This document shows, in pieces, positions 1 to 9,132 of a stretch of DNA of 64,000 nt. Source of the stretch: Parcubacteria group bacterium M10-OD1-1 (GTDB taxonomy: Bacteria; Patescibacteriota; Minisyncoccia; Moranbacterales; UBA2206); the NCBI GenBank assembly GCA_003056145.1, contig LSNL01000006.1, forward strand, positions 82,192-146,191, in the 5' to 3' direction. The first letter of the stretch is position 1; each line of letters opens with the position of its first letter. The position numbers and the translations under genes were made by a program. The notes below the pieces were generated by a model. That model made no database searches and had not been told where the DNA came from. It saw only the letters and a list, made by a program, of their open reading frames with translations.

Positions 1-217
1 AACCATTAGTTGCTGCTTGTTTATTTGCTAGATATTCCTTAGCTTCTTGTTGTTGTTTAGGAGTAAGTTTATCAAAATCAGCTTGGGTTTTAATATTTTG
101 CAGAAATGCTGGAGCGTCAGGAGGAGCAACTGTTTCATCAGCTTTAGAGCTAGAAACAAAAAAAGCCATTGCAAAAGCAACCGCAATAAGAATTATGACT
201 ACTTTTGTTTTTTTCAT
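1..217 (-). CDS. Secreted hypothetical protein, N-terminal part (runs off the window start)
   Basis: Manual translation from ATG at 217 gives MKKTKVVIILIAVAFAMAFFVSSSKA-DETVAPPDAPAFLQ..., a Sec signal peptide, open to base 1. Not in the ORF track. Confidence 0.75.
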   Translation of the reverse strand, partial: MKKTKVVIILIAVAFAMAFFVSSSKADETVAPPDAPAFLQNIKTQADFDKLTPKQQQEAKEYLANKQAATNG

Positions 218-562
218 TTTGTTTTTTAAAAATATTTAGTTTAAAAACTTATTTTCATTATACTATAAAAAAAATTACCAAAAACAAATTATATAAAGAT
301 CTCAACACTAATTAAGGTTTCGATAAAAATTTAGCTAAATATATATTCTTAGACTTTTTCTATTTTTTATTTTTCAAAGAATTTAAATTTATCTTCTAGA
401 ATATTTCTCTTTAGTTTAATATTATCACAAGAAAAATATACCAGCAAGAAAGTTATCTATAGAATGGTTGTCTTTTATTTTTATCTTATTTTATTTTACC
501 ATAAACTTTTATTCATTCCAAAGGTTTATGAGAAAAAGCAACTGTTTCAAAAATAAATTCTC

Positions 563-590
563 CAAAAACAGGCACCTCTCCGGTGCCTGT
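563..590 (-). terminator. Intrinsic terminator downstream of trxA
   Basis: Stem acaggcacc/ggtgcctgt (568-590), followed on the minus strand by a T run. Confidence 0.75.
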
Positions 591-649
591 CAGATTTAAA
601 CTATCTTTTCAAGTTTTAGATTATTTTAAATTTCAAAAATATTTTTATC

Positions 650-967
650 TTAATTGAGACTTTCTAATTCTTGCTGTAAAATTTCTTTAGCTTGCACGCC
701 AACAAATTCTTTAACTGCTTTCCCGTCTTTAAATATTTTCAATGACGGAATTGACATTATCCCATATTGAGAAGCTACTTGAGAATTTTCATCTACATTC
801 AGTTTCCCAATTTTAAACTTTTCTTCTAATTCAGTCGCCAATTCTTCAACAATAGGACCCATCATTTGACAAGGACCACACCAAGGAGCCCAAAAATCCA
901 CTAGCACTGGCTTATCGCTTTTTAAAACTTCCTGATCAAAATTCTGATCTGTAAATATTTGTATCAT
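650..967 (-). CDS. trxA: Thioredoxin
   Basis: [13 protein letters not shown] active-site motif. Likely start is ATG at 967 ([10 protein letters not shown]) rather than the ORF-track start at 1018. Confidence 0.95.
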   Translation of the reverse strand: MIQIFTDQNFDQEVLKSDKPVLVDFWAPWCGPCQMMGPIVEELATELEEKFKIGKLNVDENSQVASQYGIMSIPSLKIFKDGKAVKEFVGVQAKEILQQELESLN

Positions 968-981
968 TGTTGTATCCTTTG

Positions 982-990
982 TTATCCACA
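982..990 (+). promoter_or_regulatory. Perfect DnaA box TTATCCACA upstream of trxA
   Basis: Exact 9-mer consensus in intergenic DNA. Confidence 0.5.
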
Positions 991-1032
991 GTTTTTTGTA
1001 ATTAAGCTGTAAAAACAAATTAAATTAAAAAA

Positions 1033-1746
1033 TTATTTTCCAAACCTTCTCCCTCGCTTATCATAATCAACTAAGGCTTCTTCTAAACGCTCTTCGTTAA
1101 AATCAGGAAAATTATCTGGAGCAAAATAGAGTTGTGCATCAGCGGTATCCCACATTAGAAAACCATTACTGTTGTGAGGTTCTCCTCCAGTTCTAACCAT
1201 AAAATCCACAGCTGGTAATTTTGCGGTCATTAAATTTTCTTTAATAATCTCCGAAGTAATCTCATATCCCCTTTCATATTTATTATTAATTTTATTGATT
1301 GCTAAAAGCATATCATCTGTTCCAGAATAGGCTAGCATAAAATTCAAAATTCTTTTCTTATAATGTTTGGTCTTTTCAATCGCTTCATAAATTATCTTTT
1401 TTAAAGATTCAGGAAATTGTTCCTCCCAATGTCCAATCACATTAATTCTGACTTCATTTTTATAGATTTCTTTTCCTTCAATAATCCTTTTGAAATATCT
1501 TCTATAAATATCTAGCAATGCTCTTTTTTCAGCAATAGGTCGCTTAATCAGATTATCCATTGAAGATCCCCAAACCGAAAAGCATTTGACTCCTTTCTCT
1601 AACGCCATACTGATTAATTTTTCTAAATTTTTTGCTCCTTCTTCGTGTCCCTCCCAAGGTTTTAAACCCTTAGCTTTAGCCCAGCGCCTATTGCCGTCTG
1701 GAATAATAACAAGATGTTGAGGTATATTGGTTAAAGTATCTTTCAT
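1033..1746 (-). CDS. uppS: Undecaprenyl diphosphate synthase (cis-prenyltransferase)
   Basis: PQHLVIIPDGNRRWAK, RTGGE and C-terminal RRFG motifs. Confidence 0.95.
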   Translation of the reverse strand: MKDTLTNIPQHLVIIPDGNRRWAKAKGLKPWEGHEEGAKNLEKLISMALEKGVKCFSVWGSSMDNLIKRPIAEKRALLDIYRRYFKRIIEGKEIYKNEVRINVIGHWEEQFPESLKKIIYEAIEKTKHYKKRILNFMLAYSGTDDMLLAINKINNKYERGYEITSEIIKENLMTAKLPAVDFMVRTGGEPHNSNGFLMWDTADAQLYFAPDNFPDFNEERLEEALVDYDKRGRRFGK

Positions 1747-1961
1747 TTTTTATAATCTTGAATAGTTCTTCTTAAAAATCTGCTTGTTTAATTATTTACC
1801 AATCAGATTAATAATAACCGAAGTTTCCAAAAGAAGCAATATTCAATTTAATTTTTTACTCTTGAATTTTAATTTAAATGGGTTATAAATAGCTAATCAA
1901 TAAACCTTAATTTTTTTTGAATTCTTTTAACTTCAAACTTTTAAATTTTCCTGTTCCTTTT

Positions 1962-3032
1962 TTAAACTGTTCTTTCTATAACATAGTTAGCAATTCCTTC
2001 TAAAAACTTTCTAGCTTCCTGATTTTGAAATTTCGTTTCTTGGATTGCTGAAAGAGCTTTTGCTACTAATTTTTTTGCTAAATTTTTACAATATTCCAGA
2101 GAACCAGTAATTTCAATAATATTTCTAAATTCTACTATCTCTTTTTTGGTTAATTCTTTATTACCTAAACAATATTTAAGCATTTTCCTTTGCTCTTTGT
2201 TTCCATTTTCTAAAGCCTTAATTAATAAAATTGTTTGTTTCCCTTCAATAATATCTGAACCAACTGGTTTACCAATTTTCTTTTCATCTCCAAAAACTCC
2301 TAAAATATCATCTCTAATTTGAAAAGCTTTTCCTAATGGAAGGGCATATTGAGAAAAATCATCTCTCATATCTTGACTACCACCAGCTAAAATATTTCCT
2401 AGATGAAGAGGTCCTTCAAAAGTATAACGAGAAGTTTTTCCTTCAAACATTCTTAATATTTCCTCTTCCGTAGCATAACCTCTATTTTCCATTACTACAT
2501 CTAACATTTCACCTGGAATAGTTACATAAACAATTTTTTGTAGTTTATCTAAGGCCTGAATAATTGTCTGTGGCGAGAATTTAGCATTAAACATTATTTC
2601 ATTGGCCATGCTAGAAGCTATATCGCCAACTATTAAAGCCATAGAATTTCCAAAATGATTATTATCTTTTTTAGGTGCAATTTTCTGCCCAATTTTTTTA
2701 TATCGTTCGTGAACAGTTGCCACTCCATGTCTTCTAGCATCTCTATCTATGATATCATCATGTATTAATAAAAAACTATGTAATAATTCTATCGCCATAG
2801 AAGCCTCTATTATTTTTTCATCATCTTTCCCCCCGGAAGCCAAATAACCGTAATAAACTAAAGTTGGTCGTATTCTTTTTCCTCCTGACAAAGTAAAATC
2901 TGCAATAGTTTTAACAGCTTGCTCAGCTAAAAAATCAATCTTTCCTGCTTGTTTAGTTTTTTTAGCAAAGTAATCCTTTAAAAAAGGCTCCAATCTCTTT
3001 TGGTAATTTTTAAGCAATTCTATAGCTTCCAT
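1962..3032 (-). CDS. Polyprenyl synthetase (FPP/GGPP trans-prenyltransferase)
   Basis: GGKRIRP, LIHDDIIDRDARRHG (FARM) and FQIRDD...GSDIIEGK (SARM) motifs. Confidence 0.93.
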   Translation of the reverse strand: MEAIELLKNYQKRLEPFLKDYFAKKTKQAGKIDFLAEQAVKTIADFTLSGGKRIRPTLVYYGYLASGGKDDEKIIEASMAIELLHSFLLIHDDIIDRDARRHGVATVHERYKKIGQKIAPKKDNNHFGNSMALIVGDIASSMANEIMFNAKFSPQTIIQALDKLQKIVYVTIPGEMLDVVMENRGYATEEEILRMFEGKTSRYTFEGPLHLGNILAGGSQDMRDDFSQYALPLGKAFQIRDDILGVFGDEKKIGKPVGSDIIEGKQTILLIKALENGNKEQRKMLKYCLGNKELTKKEIVEFRNIIEITGSLEYCKNLAKKLVAKALSAIQETKFQNQEARKFLEGIANYVIERTV

Positions 3033-3068
3033 TTATATCTTTTAAAAATTAAGCTGGCTAAAGTCAAG

Positions 3069-3143
3069 TATCGCTAAGGGGATTTGAACCCCTGTTACTA
3101 GGATGAGAACCTAGCGTCCTAGACCAGACTAGACGATAGCGAC
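3069..3143 (-). tRNA. tRNA-Glu(CTC), CCA not encoded
   Basis: Cloverleaf GTCGCTA...CTAGG-TTCTCAT-CCTAG...GGTTCAAATCC...TAGCGAT-A. Confidence 0.93.
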
Positions 3144-3408
3144 AAAATCTATTAAATTTACAACCTATTATATAATTTAGCAATAATATTAAACTTTATC
3201 AAGTAGTTTTATCTGTCTACTTTCTTAATAACTATTTGGATTATTAGCTTCATTTTTAAAAAATAGATCTTTTGACTTAAATCTCAACTCTACTTCTACG
3301 AATTCCAAAAATCTATTAGCTGTCTGCTAAAAATACTTAAAATTTAATTATCTCTAATTTATTTGTCACTTAGTTCTATTTCGTTTTTAAATAATATAAT
3401 TCGTTATT

Positions 3409-3437
3409 TTTACTATTTCTTGTTTTATTGCTATAAT
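3409..3437 (+). promoter_or_regulatory. Sigma70 promoter for the 767-aa gene
   Basis: TTTACT-17 bp-TATAAT with an extended -10 TG. Confidence 0.55.
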
Positions 3438-3457
3438 TAGGACGAAATAAACTTGCT

Positions 3458-5761
3458 ATGCCCAAAAAAAGAATTGCCAAAAAAAATATTTATCTTGAAA
3501 CCTCTTTTGAGGATATTTTAGTTTGTAAAAAAAATAGCCTTAAACCTTTTATGGAGGTTTTTATTCAAAAACCAGAAAATATTACTCAACAAAACTTAGG
3601 TACACTAGCTGGAATTTTTGAAATAACTAATCATTCTGAAAATTCAAGTTACATAGTCAACTATCTCGTTTCTATTATTAAAAAAGAATACTATGCTAAA
3701 AATAAAAGAGGGGCTTTAGAAAGCTTTGAATCAGCTCTTCATAAAGCTAATCTAGCTTTAGCTAAATTAGCCGAGCATGGAAGCGTAGAATGGATCGGAA
3801 AACTAAACGCCGTTATTTTAGTAATAGAAAAAAATAATCTCCACCTTTCTCAAACTGGAAAAGTAAAATCTTTTTTATTAAGAGATCAGACTCTAATTGA
3901 TCTAGACGAAGGAGTTTCAAATCCAAAAATTAACAATCCTTTAAAAACTTTTACAGATGTAACAAGCGGAAGATTGAAAGATCAAGATAAATTTATTATG
4001 ACTACTAATAGTATTTTCGACATCTTACCCACTGAAGAATTAAGAAAAAATGCTCTTAGCTTCTCTTCACTTCAATTTATCCAATTTTTAAAAACCGCTC
4101 TCATTAATGAATTGGAACGAGCCGCTGTTCTAGTTCTAGAGACACAAAAAGTAATCAGAGAAACACCCCCAGTTATCAAAAAACCTGCTCAATTTAATGC
4201 TTTTAGCCAAACTACTTTTAAGCAACCAGCATCAATCCAGAGGTCTTCTCCTCAGCCAAACCCAAACACACCCAAAAGAGATCCTCTCTTTCAAGAGATA
4301 GAGAAAGCTTTAGAGAAAAAAAATGGTGACTTTATTGATAAAAAAACTGGGCATATTTATATTAAAGGAAATTATCCTCTTGATCATTCAGAAAATTCTT
4401 TAATTGGTGAACAGTGGGAAACAATTAAAAATAAAGCTATTGATTTTAATTCATCTTTTTCCGAATTTTTTAAACCTAACCTAAAAAAAGTAGACCTAAA
4501 AAGACTATCAACTAAATTGACAGCTTTTTTCTCAACTAATCAATTGAATTCTTCCATTAAAAAAACTTTTACTCCCTTAAATTTGAGAAAAAAAATTACT
4601 CAGACTAGTTCCTCTTGGAGAAATGTAAAATTAAATAGCTTAGTAGCTACTTTAAAAAATAAGAATTCTCTTCAACTTAAATATTTACGTCGCAAAAATA
4701 ATAGTTTTTCATTATTAACCCAAAAGTTTTTAGCCAAAAATAAACCTCTACTTTCCACTTTTTTCAAAACACTTTTTCAAAAAATAGGTCAAGTTAGCTC
4801 ATCTATTTTTCCTCGCTTTTTTAGAATAAAAAAGATTTTTGCCCAATTAAATTTTTCCCAAAGAATTTATGCTTTTTTAGCATTAATCCTCTTATTAGTT
4901 ATTCCCTATTTTATTGTCAGGAAAGGAAATCAACCTACCTCATCTATTCAGTCTCTGAAAAAAGCTACACTCAAAAACAGTTACCCACTTAGCCAAGATA
5001 AAAAAGTTAAACTCATTACTCAAATTAACTCTCTTTATACTGCTCACCAAACAATTACCAACTTGATAAACTTAAATGGAACAATCTTTGCTATTGAAAA
5101 AAACCAACTAGTTGATATAGAAAATAAAAAAGTTTTTTCTATTCCTAATAATTTTTCTGAACTAAAATTATCCACAGGAATGAATGATTTAAATTTAATT
5201 TTTCTCTTAACTAAAAAAAATATTCTCTTATCTTGGAGTCCAGTATCTAAAAAATTTCAAACCAACACCTTAAATCTCCCTGCTAATAGTCAACTGAGTT
5301 TTATAAAAACTTATTTAACTTATCTTTATGCATTAGATAAAAATAATAATCAAATTTATCGCTTTCCACGAACCGAAGGAGGTTTTGGAACAAAAATAAA
5401 TTGGCTAAAAACAACTCTTAAATTAAACACTACCAGCTCTTTAGCTGTCAGTGATTATATTTTTCTAGTTAATAGTCATCATCTAATTCAACTAAATCAA
5501 GGACGAAAACAAACCTTTAATCTTGAGAAGACAGCTACTCCTATTAGAATTGATACAATCTACACTAAAAGAAAGGATAAGAATATTTATCTCTTAGATA
5601 AAACTAATACTAGGATAGTTAAAGTAGATTTCACTGGAAATATTATAGCTCAATTTTATAATACTAATCTTTCACAAGCAAAGAATTTAGTAGTTGACGA
5701 AAAAAATTCTTTAGTTTATTTCTTAAATAAAAATAGCATCAAAAGTTTTAAGATGAAATAG
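3458..5761 (+). CDS. Membrane protein with degenerate PP2C-like N-terminal domain, single TM and C-terminal beta-propeller-like domain
   Basis: PP2C-like pattern (LHLSQTGKVKSFLLR, SGRLKDQDKFIMTT), TM segment IYAFLALILLLVIPYFIV, NHL-like repeats (YLYALDKNNNQIYRF, IYLLDKTNTRIVKV). Confidence 0.6.
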   Translation: MPKKRIAKKNIYLETSFEDILVCKKNSLKPFMEVFIQKPENITQQNLGTLAGIFEITNHSENSSYIVNYLVSIIKKEYYAKNKRGALESFESALHKANLALAKLAEHGSVEWIGKLNAVILVIEKNNLHLSQTGKVKSFLLRDQTLIDLDEGVSNPKINNPLKTFTDVTSGRLKDQDKFIMTTNSIFDILPTEELRKNALSFSSLQFIQFLKTALINELERAAVLVLETQKVIRETPPVIKKPAQFNAFSQTTFKQPASIQRSSPQPNPNTPKRDPLFQEIEKALEKKNGDFIDKKTGHIYIKGNYPLDHSENSLIGEQWETIKNKAIDFNSSFSEFFKPNLKKVDLKRLSTKLTAFFSTNQLNSSIKKTFTPLNLRKKITQTSSSWRNVKLNSLVATLKNKNSLQLKYLRRKNNSFSLLTQKFLAKNKPLLSTFFKTLFQKIGQVSSSIFPRFFRIKKIFAQLNFSQRIYAFLALILLLVIPYFIVRKGNQPTSSIQSLKKATLKNSYPLSQDKKVKLITQINSLYTAHQTITNLINLNGTIFAIEKNQLVDIENKKVFSIPNNFSELKLSTGMNDLNLIFLLTKKNILLSWSPVSKKFQTNTLNLPANSQLSFIKTYLTYLYALDKNNNQIYRFPRTEGGFGTKINWLKTTLKLNTTSSLAVSDYIFLVNSHHLIQLNQGRKQTFNLEKTATPIRIDTIYTKRKDKNIYLLDKTNTRIVKVDFTGNIIAQFYNTNLSQAKNLVVDEKNSLVYFLNKNSIKSFKMK

Positions 5762-5771
5762 CTTTTTGATT

Positions 5772-8294
5772 TTACAAAGCTTCTGCTTTTTCTTTGGAGC
5801 TAATACTTCCTATTTTAGCTCTCTCTAATATTTCTCGCTCTACACTTTCCTTAGATCGTCCATATTTAAGTCGAGACAATTCCTTTAGAGCGTTAGCAAC
5901 TTCTTGATCACCAATAGTTGGTGGATAAGTACTAAGACTAAACGGTTTTGGTAGAGAATTATTGATTAAAACTCTGGCAAAGCATTGATAGTTATCAACA
6001 TTAACTAAATCTTTCTTAGAAAAAGTTGGCATAAATTGCTTCTCTAAAAACTCAGCATCTTCTGGACCCACTCGAAAGACTACCATTGATCCAACATTGC
6101 CAAAAACAGCCTTAGAAATTTCTTCTTTTAATTGTCCGATAAATTGGTGCGCTAAAACTAGGCAAAGATGATATTTTCTAGCTTCACTCAATATCTGAGC
6201 AATAGAAATAGTAGTTATATTTTGAAATTCATCCAAATATAGATAAAAATCCTCCCGTTCTTCCTGTGGAATATCTACTCGAGAAAGAGCCGACATTAAA
6301 ATTTTCCCAACAATAATCATTCCCAATAATCTAGCATTAATTTCTCCTATTTTCCCTTTAGAAAGATTAATTAGAAGAATTTTTTTATCGTCCATCACTT
6401 CTCTAAAATTAATAGTACTTTTCTGTTGAGAAATAATTGGACGCATTAAATCATTAGATAGAAAAGCTGTTAGCTTAGAAGTAATATAAGGAACCATATT
6501 AGCTAAAGCGGCTTCCCCTCCTGCTTTCTCAGCTTCTTTGGTCCAAAAATCAATAACTGTTGGATTTTTACATTTACTTAATTTAAGAGCTCTAAATTTT
6601 TCATCCGCTAAAACTTTTGGAATCTCCATCAAAGTTGAACCAGAGGCTGGATCATCCATAATTAAAAGCATTGCGTTTCGCATATATTGTTCAAACATCG
6701 GTCCACCCGTCGCTTTCAAATCATAAAGCTGATCAAATATCCCAATTAATTCATTGATAACAAAAGTTTTTTGTTCTGGATGTTCTGGATCATACTCCAT
6801 TATATTTAATCCGAAAGGACGCTCAATATCAGCTGGATCAAAAAGAATAACATCTTCAGCTCTTTCTTTTGGAATAGCAGCTAAAATATCTTCAATAGCG
6901 TCTCCATGAGGATCAATAAAACAAAATCCTCTGCCTGCTATTGCATCTTGTTTGGCCATTTCTTGAAGAAAATTAGATTTTCCAGCTCCTGTTTGTCCAA
7001 TTGTGTACAGATGGCGACGCCGATCATTACTAGAAATTCTAATATCTGTTTTTACACCCCGATAATCATTATAACCTAATAAAATATTATCTGGACTAGC
7101 AGAAGGAATGTCTACTGGAGGGGGGGCTGCATTTGATTTTAGCCACTTTATTTTTGGCGTTTCTGTAGTAGAAATAGGAAAATGAAAAATACTAGCAATT
7201 TCTTCATTATTTAAAATAATAGCTTCCTCATTAACAAAATTTCTAAAAATATAGTTATAGGCGATATCTCTTTCTTTTACTCTTTTCCAAACTTGAAAAT
7301 AATTAATATCTCCATTTTCATATTGCGAAAAAACATTTTCTATCTGAGCTAAAATCATTTGAGCCCTTTCCTTGGTGTTAGCTGAGGCAATTAACCTAAT
7401 ATTAACTTTAAATCCTGTTTTACTAGCTTTAGTTTCAATATTTTTTACTAATTCTTGCTCTTCTGGTGTTAGCTGAGTAGTTTGAGAATTGTTAGCAAAA
7501 GCATTGTTTTCTTTTCCTGAAGAAACCAAAGTACCAGAAACAACTTGCCCAATTCCAGTTCCAATATGTTGTAAGAGTGTTTTATCAACATCTTTTAATC
7601 TTTTTCCTTGTTGCATCTCGTGAGCAATCCGACGACCTTTAGACCTCCATTTTGAACCAGCTGGATTTAGAACTAATTGAATAGCTGCTCCTTCGCTAGT
7701 TGTTTCTAATTTACTTAAAGCATTAGTAATTGCATTTAAAGGATCTACTTCTAAATTTTCATAAGTTCTAATTGGCAGTGAATATTTATTTTTCAATTTT
7801 ATAATAGAAGCAGCGGTGAAGCTATTAGACGAAAAAATAGTATAGTCCTTAGTTTTTTCTAGAACAGCATTCGGGAAAAAACTATGAATTTGTTTCTCAA
7901 TATTATCTCGAAACTTTTTTGGCATTACTACATAAAATATTATTTCTTCACTATTAGCACTATTAGCCACTTCAAAACTGATACATGGAGAACCATAAAA
8001 TAATCGCTTAAAAAAACTACGCTTATCTTTAATAGAAGCGAAGGCAGTCAATAATTGTTCCATAGAGCCAATTTCTCCTTTCCAGCTTTCGTAATTTTCC
8101 TTATTTTCTAACTCAGCATTTTTTTCTATCTTAGCTACTCTGACTACTTCCAAATCTAAATTCATTGATTGATTAACCTCTGCTCTAAATTTAAGAAAAC
8201 TTTGAATCACCATCAAAGCTCCTGAGACCATCAGGGAAAAGGCTGAAATAAAAATCATTCCTATCAAAAGTAAATTCAAGTCAATCATTGGCAT
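5772..8294 (-). CDS. Membrane-anchored VirD4/TraD/HerA-like P-loop ATPase
   Basis: N-terminal TM, Walker A GQTGAGKS, FIDPHGD, Walker B LYLDEFQN, LSEARKY, AVFGNVGS. Confidence 0.88.
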   Translation of the reverse strand: MPMIDLNLLLIGMIFISAFSLMVSGALMVIQSFLKFRAEVNQSMNLDLEVVRVAKIEKNAELENKENYESWKGEIGSMEQLLTAFASIKDKRSFFKRLFYGSPCISFEVANSANSEEIIFYVVMPKKFRDNIEKQIHSFFPNAVLEKTKDYTIFSSNSFTAASIIKLKNKYSLPIRTYENLEVDPLNAITNALSKLETTSEGAAIQLVLNPAGSKWRSKGRRIAHEMQQGKRLKDVDKTLLQHIGTGIGQVVSGTLVSSGKENNAFANNSQTTQLTPEEQELVKNIETKASKTGFKVNIRLIASANTKERAQMILAQIENVFSQYENGDINYFQVWKRVKERDIAYNYIFRNFVNEEAIILNNEEIASIFHFPISTTETPKIKWLKSNAAPPPVDIPSASPDNILLGYNDYRGVKTDIRISSNDRRRHLYTIGQTGAGKSNFLQEMAKQDAIAGRGFCFIDPHGDAIEDILAAIPKERAEDVILFDPADIERPFGLNIMEYDPEHPEQKTFVINELIGIFDQLYDLKATGGPMFEQYMRNAMLLIMDDPASGSTLMEIPKVLADEKFRALKLSKCKNPTVIDFWTKEAEKAGGEAALANMVPYITSKLTAFLSNDLMRPIISQQKSTINFREVMDDKKILLINLSKGKIGEINARLLGMIIVGKILMSALSRVDIPQEEREDFYLYLDEFQNITTISIAQILSEARKYHLCLVLAHQFIGQLKEEISKAVFGNVGSMVVFRVGPEDAEFLEKQFMPTFSKKDLVNVDNYQCFARVLINNSLPKPFSLSTYPPTIGDQEVANALKELSRLKYGRSKESVEREILERAKIGSISSKEKAEAL

Positions 8295-8356
8295 TAAAGT
8301 TAAGTTCTATATCTATATTCATATTTATATTAAATCAGTTGCTAAACAAAGCTAAT

Positions 8357-8812
8357 TTATATTTCTTTAATTAAGCCTTTTTCAATTAAAGCCTGATGTA
8401 ATTCCTCGCCCATTAAACGATCATGAAATTCATCTAAAGTGTAGTTATCTTCTAAATGTCTGGCCACTTTAACAGCATGAGGAATGCCTTTCTGTTCTGC
8501 TAAATTCACCAAATTAGTAATCTTACTCTCTTTATCTATCTCAGCATCGACTTTTTTAGCATCATTATCTACAGATTGAGGACTATGAATAAGTTGTTTT
8601 TTAGCTGGCATTTTAGCTAATATTTTAGAATAAGCTATTTCTTTCTCTGCAAATCCTTCTTTTCGTTCTGATTTACCTTCTATAAAATGCGGAGCAACAA
8701 CTTTTTTTTCATGACTAACTTTGTTAGTTTTATCATCACCAATAAATTTTTCTTTCAAATTAAGATCTTCTTCTTGAATTGGTTCTAAATTAGTTTTTTT
8801 TTCTTCAGCCAT
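8357..8812 (-). CDS. Hypothetical protein (CPR-type, C-terminal LDEFHD motif)
   Basis: 151-aa ORF co-oriented just upstream of the ATPase, with C-terminus KGIPHAVKVA...YTLDEFHD. Confidence 0.75.
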   Translation of the reverse strand: MAEEKKTNLEPIQEEDLNLKEKFIGDDKTNKVSHEKKVVAPHFIEGKSERKEGFAEKEIAYSKILAKMPAKKQLIHSPQSVDNDAKKVDAEIDKESKITNLVNLAEQKGIPHAVKVARHLEDNYTLDEFHDRLMGEELHQALIEKGLIKEI

Positions 8813-8829
8813 AGTATTAAAATATTATT

Positions 8830-9090
8830 TTATTTATAATCCTCTAATTCATCTTTGATCTCTTGTTCTACTTGAGTGACAATAGTCTGAAATATTTTTT
8901 CGTAATTACCAACTTTAGTTTGAAATAATTTTTTTATTTCTGTTTCACTATAATTTTGATCAATCATTTTCTGCAGTTTATCAACAAAAGCTCGTCCCTT
9001 TTCCTTTTCTAACCATAATAAAAATCTTTCTGTAACAACTTCTTCAAAATCATCTTCTAATGAATTTTTAATTAATTTTTTATTTAACAT
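8830..9090 (-). CDS. Small helical hypothetical protein
   Basis: 86-aa ORF with operon-like spacing. Confidence 0.65.
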   Translation of the reverse strand: MLNKKLIKNSLEDDFEEVVTERFLLWLEKEKGRAFVDKLQKMIDQNYSETEIKKLFQTKVGNYEKIFQTIVTQVEQEIKDELEDYK

Positions 9091-9132
9091 TATTTTAACA
9101 ATTTTTATTAACTACTTGAAAAGATGATTCAA

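Noticed and set aside
47-229. 60-aa + strand ORF
   Set aside because: It is the shadow of a minus-strand gene with a clear signal peptide (start 217)
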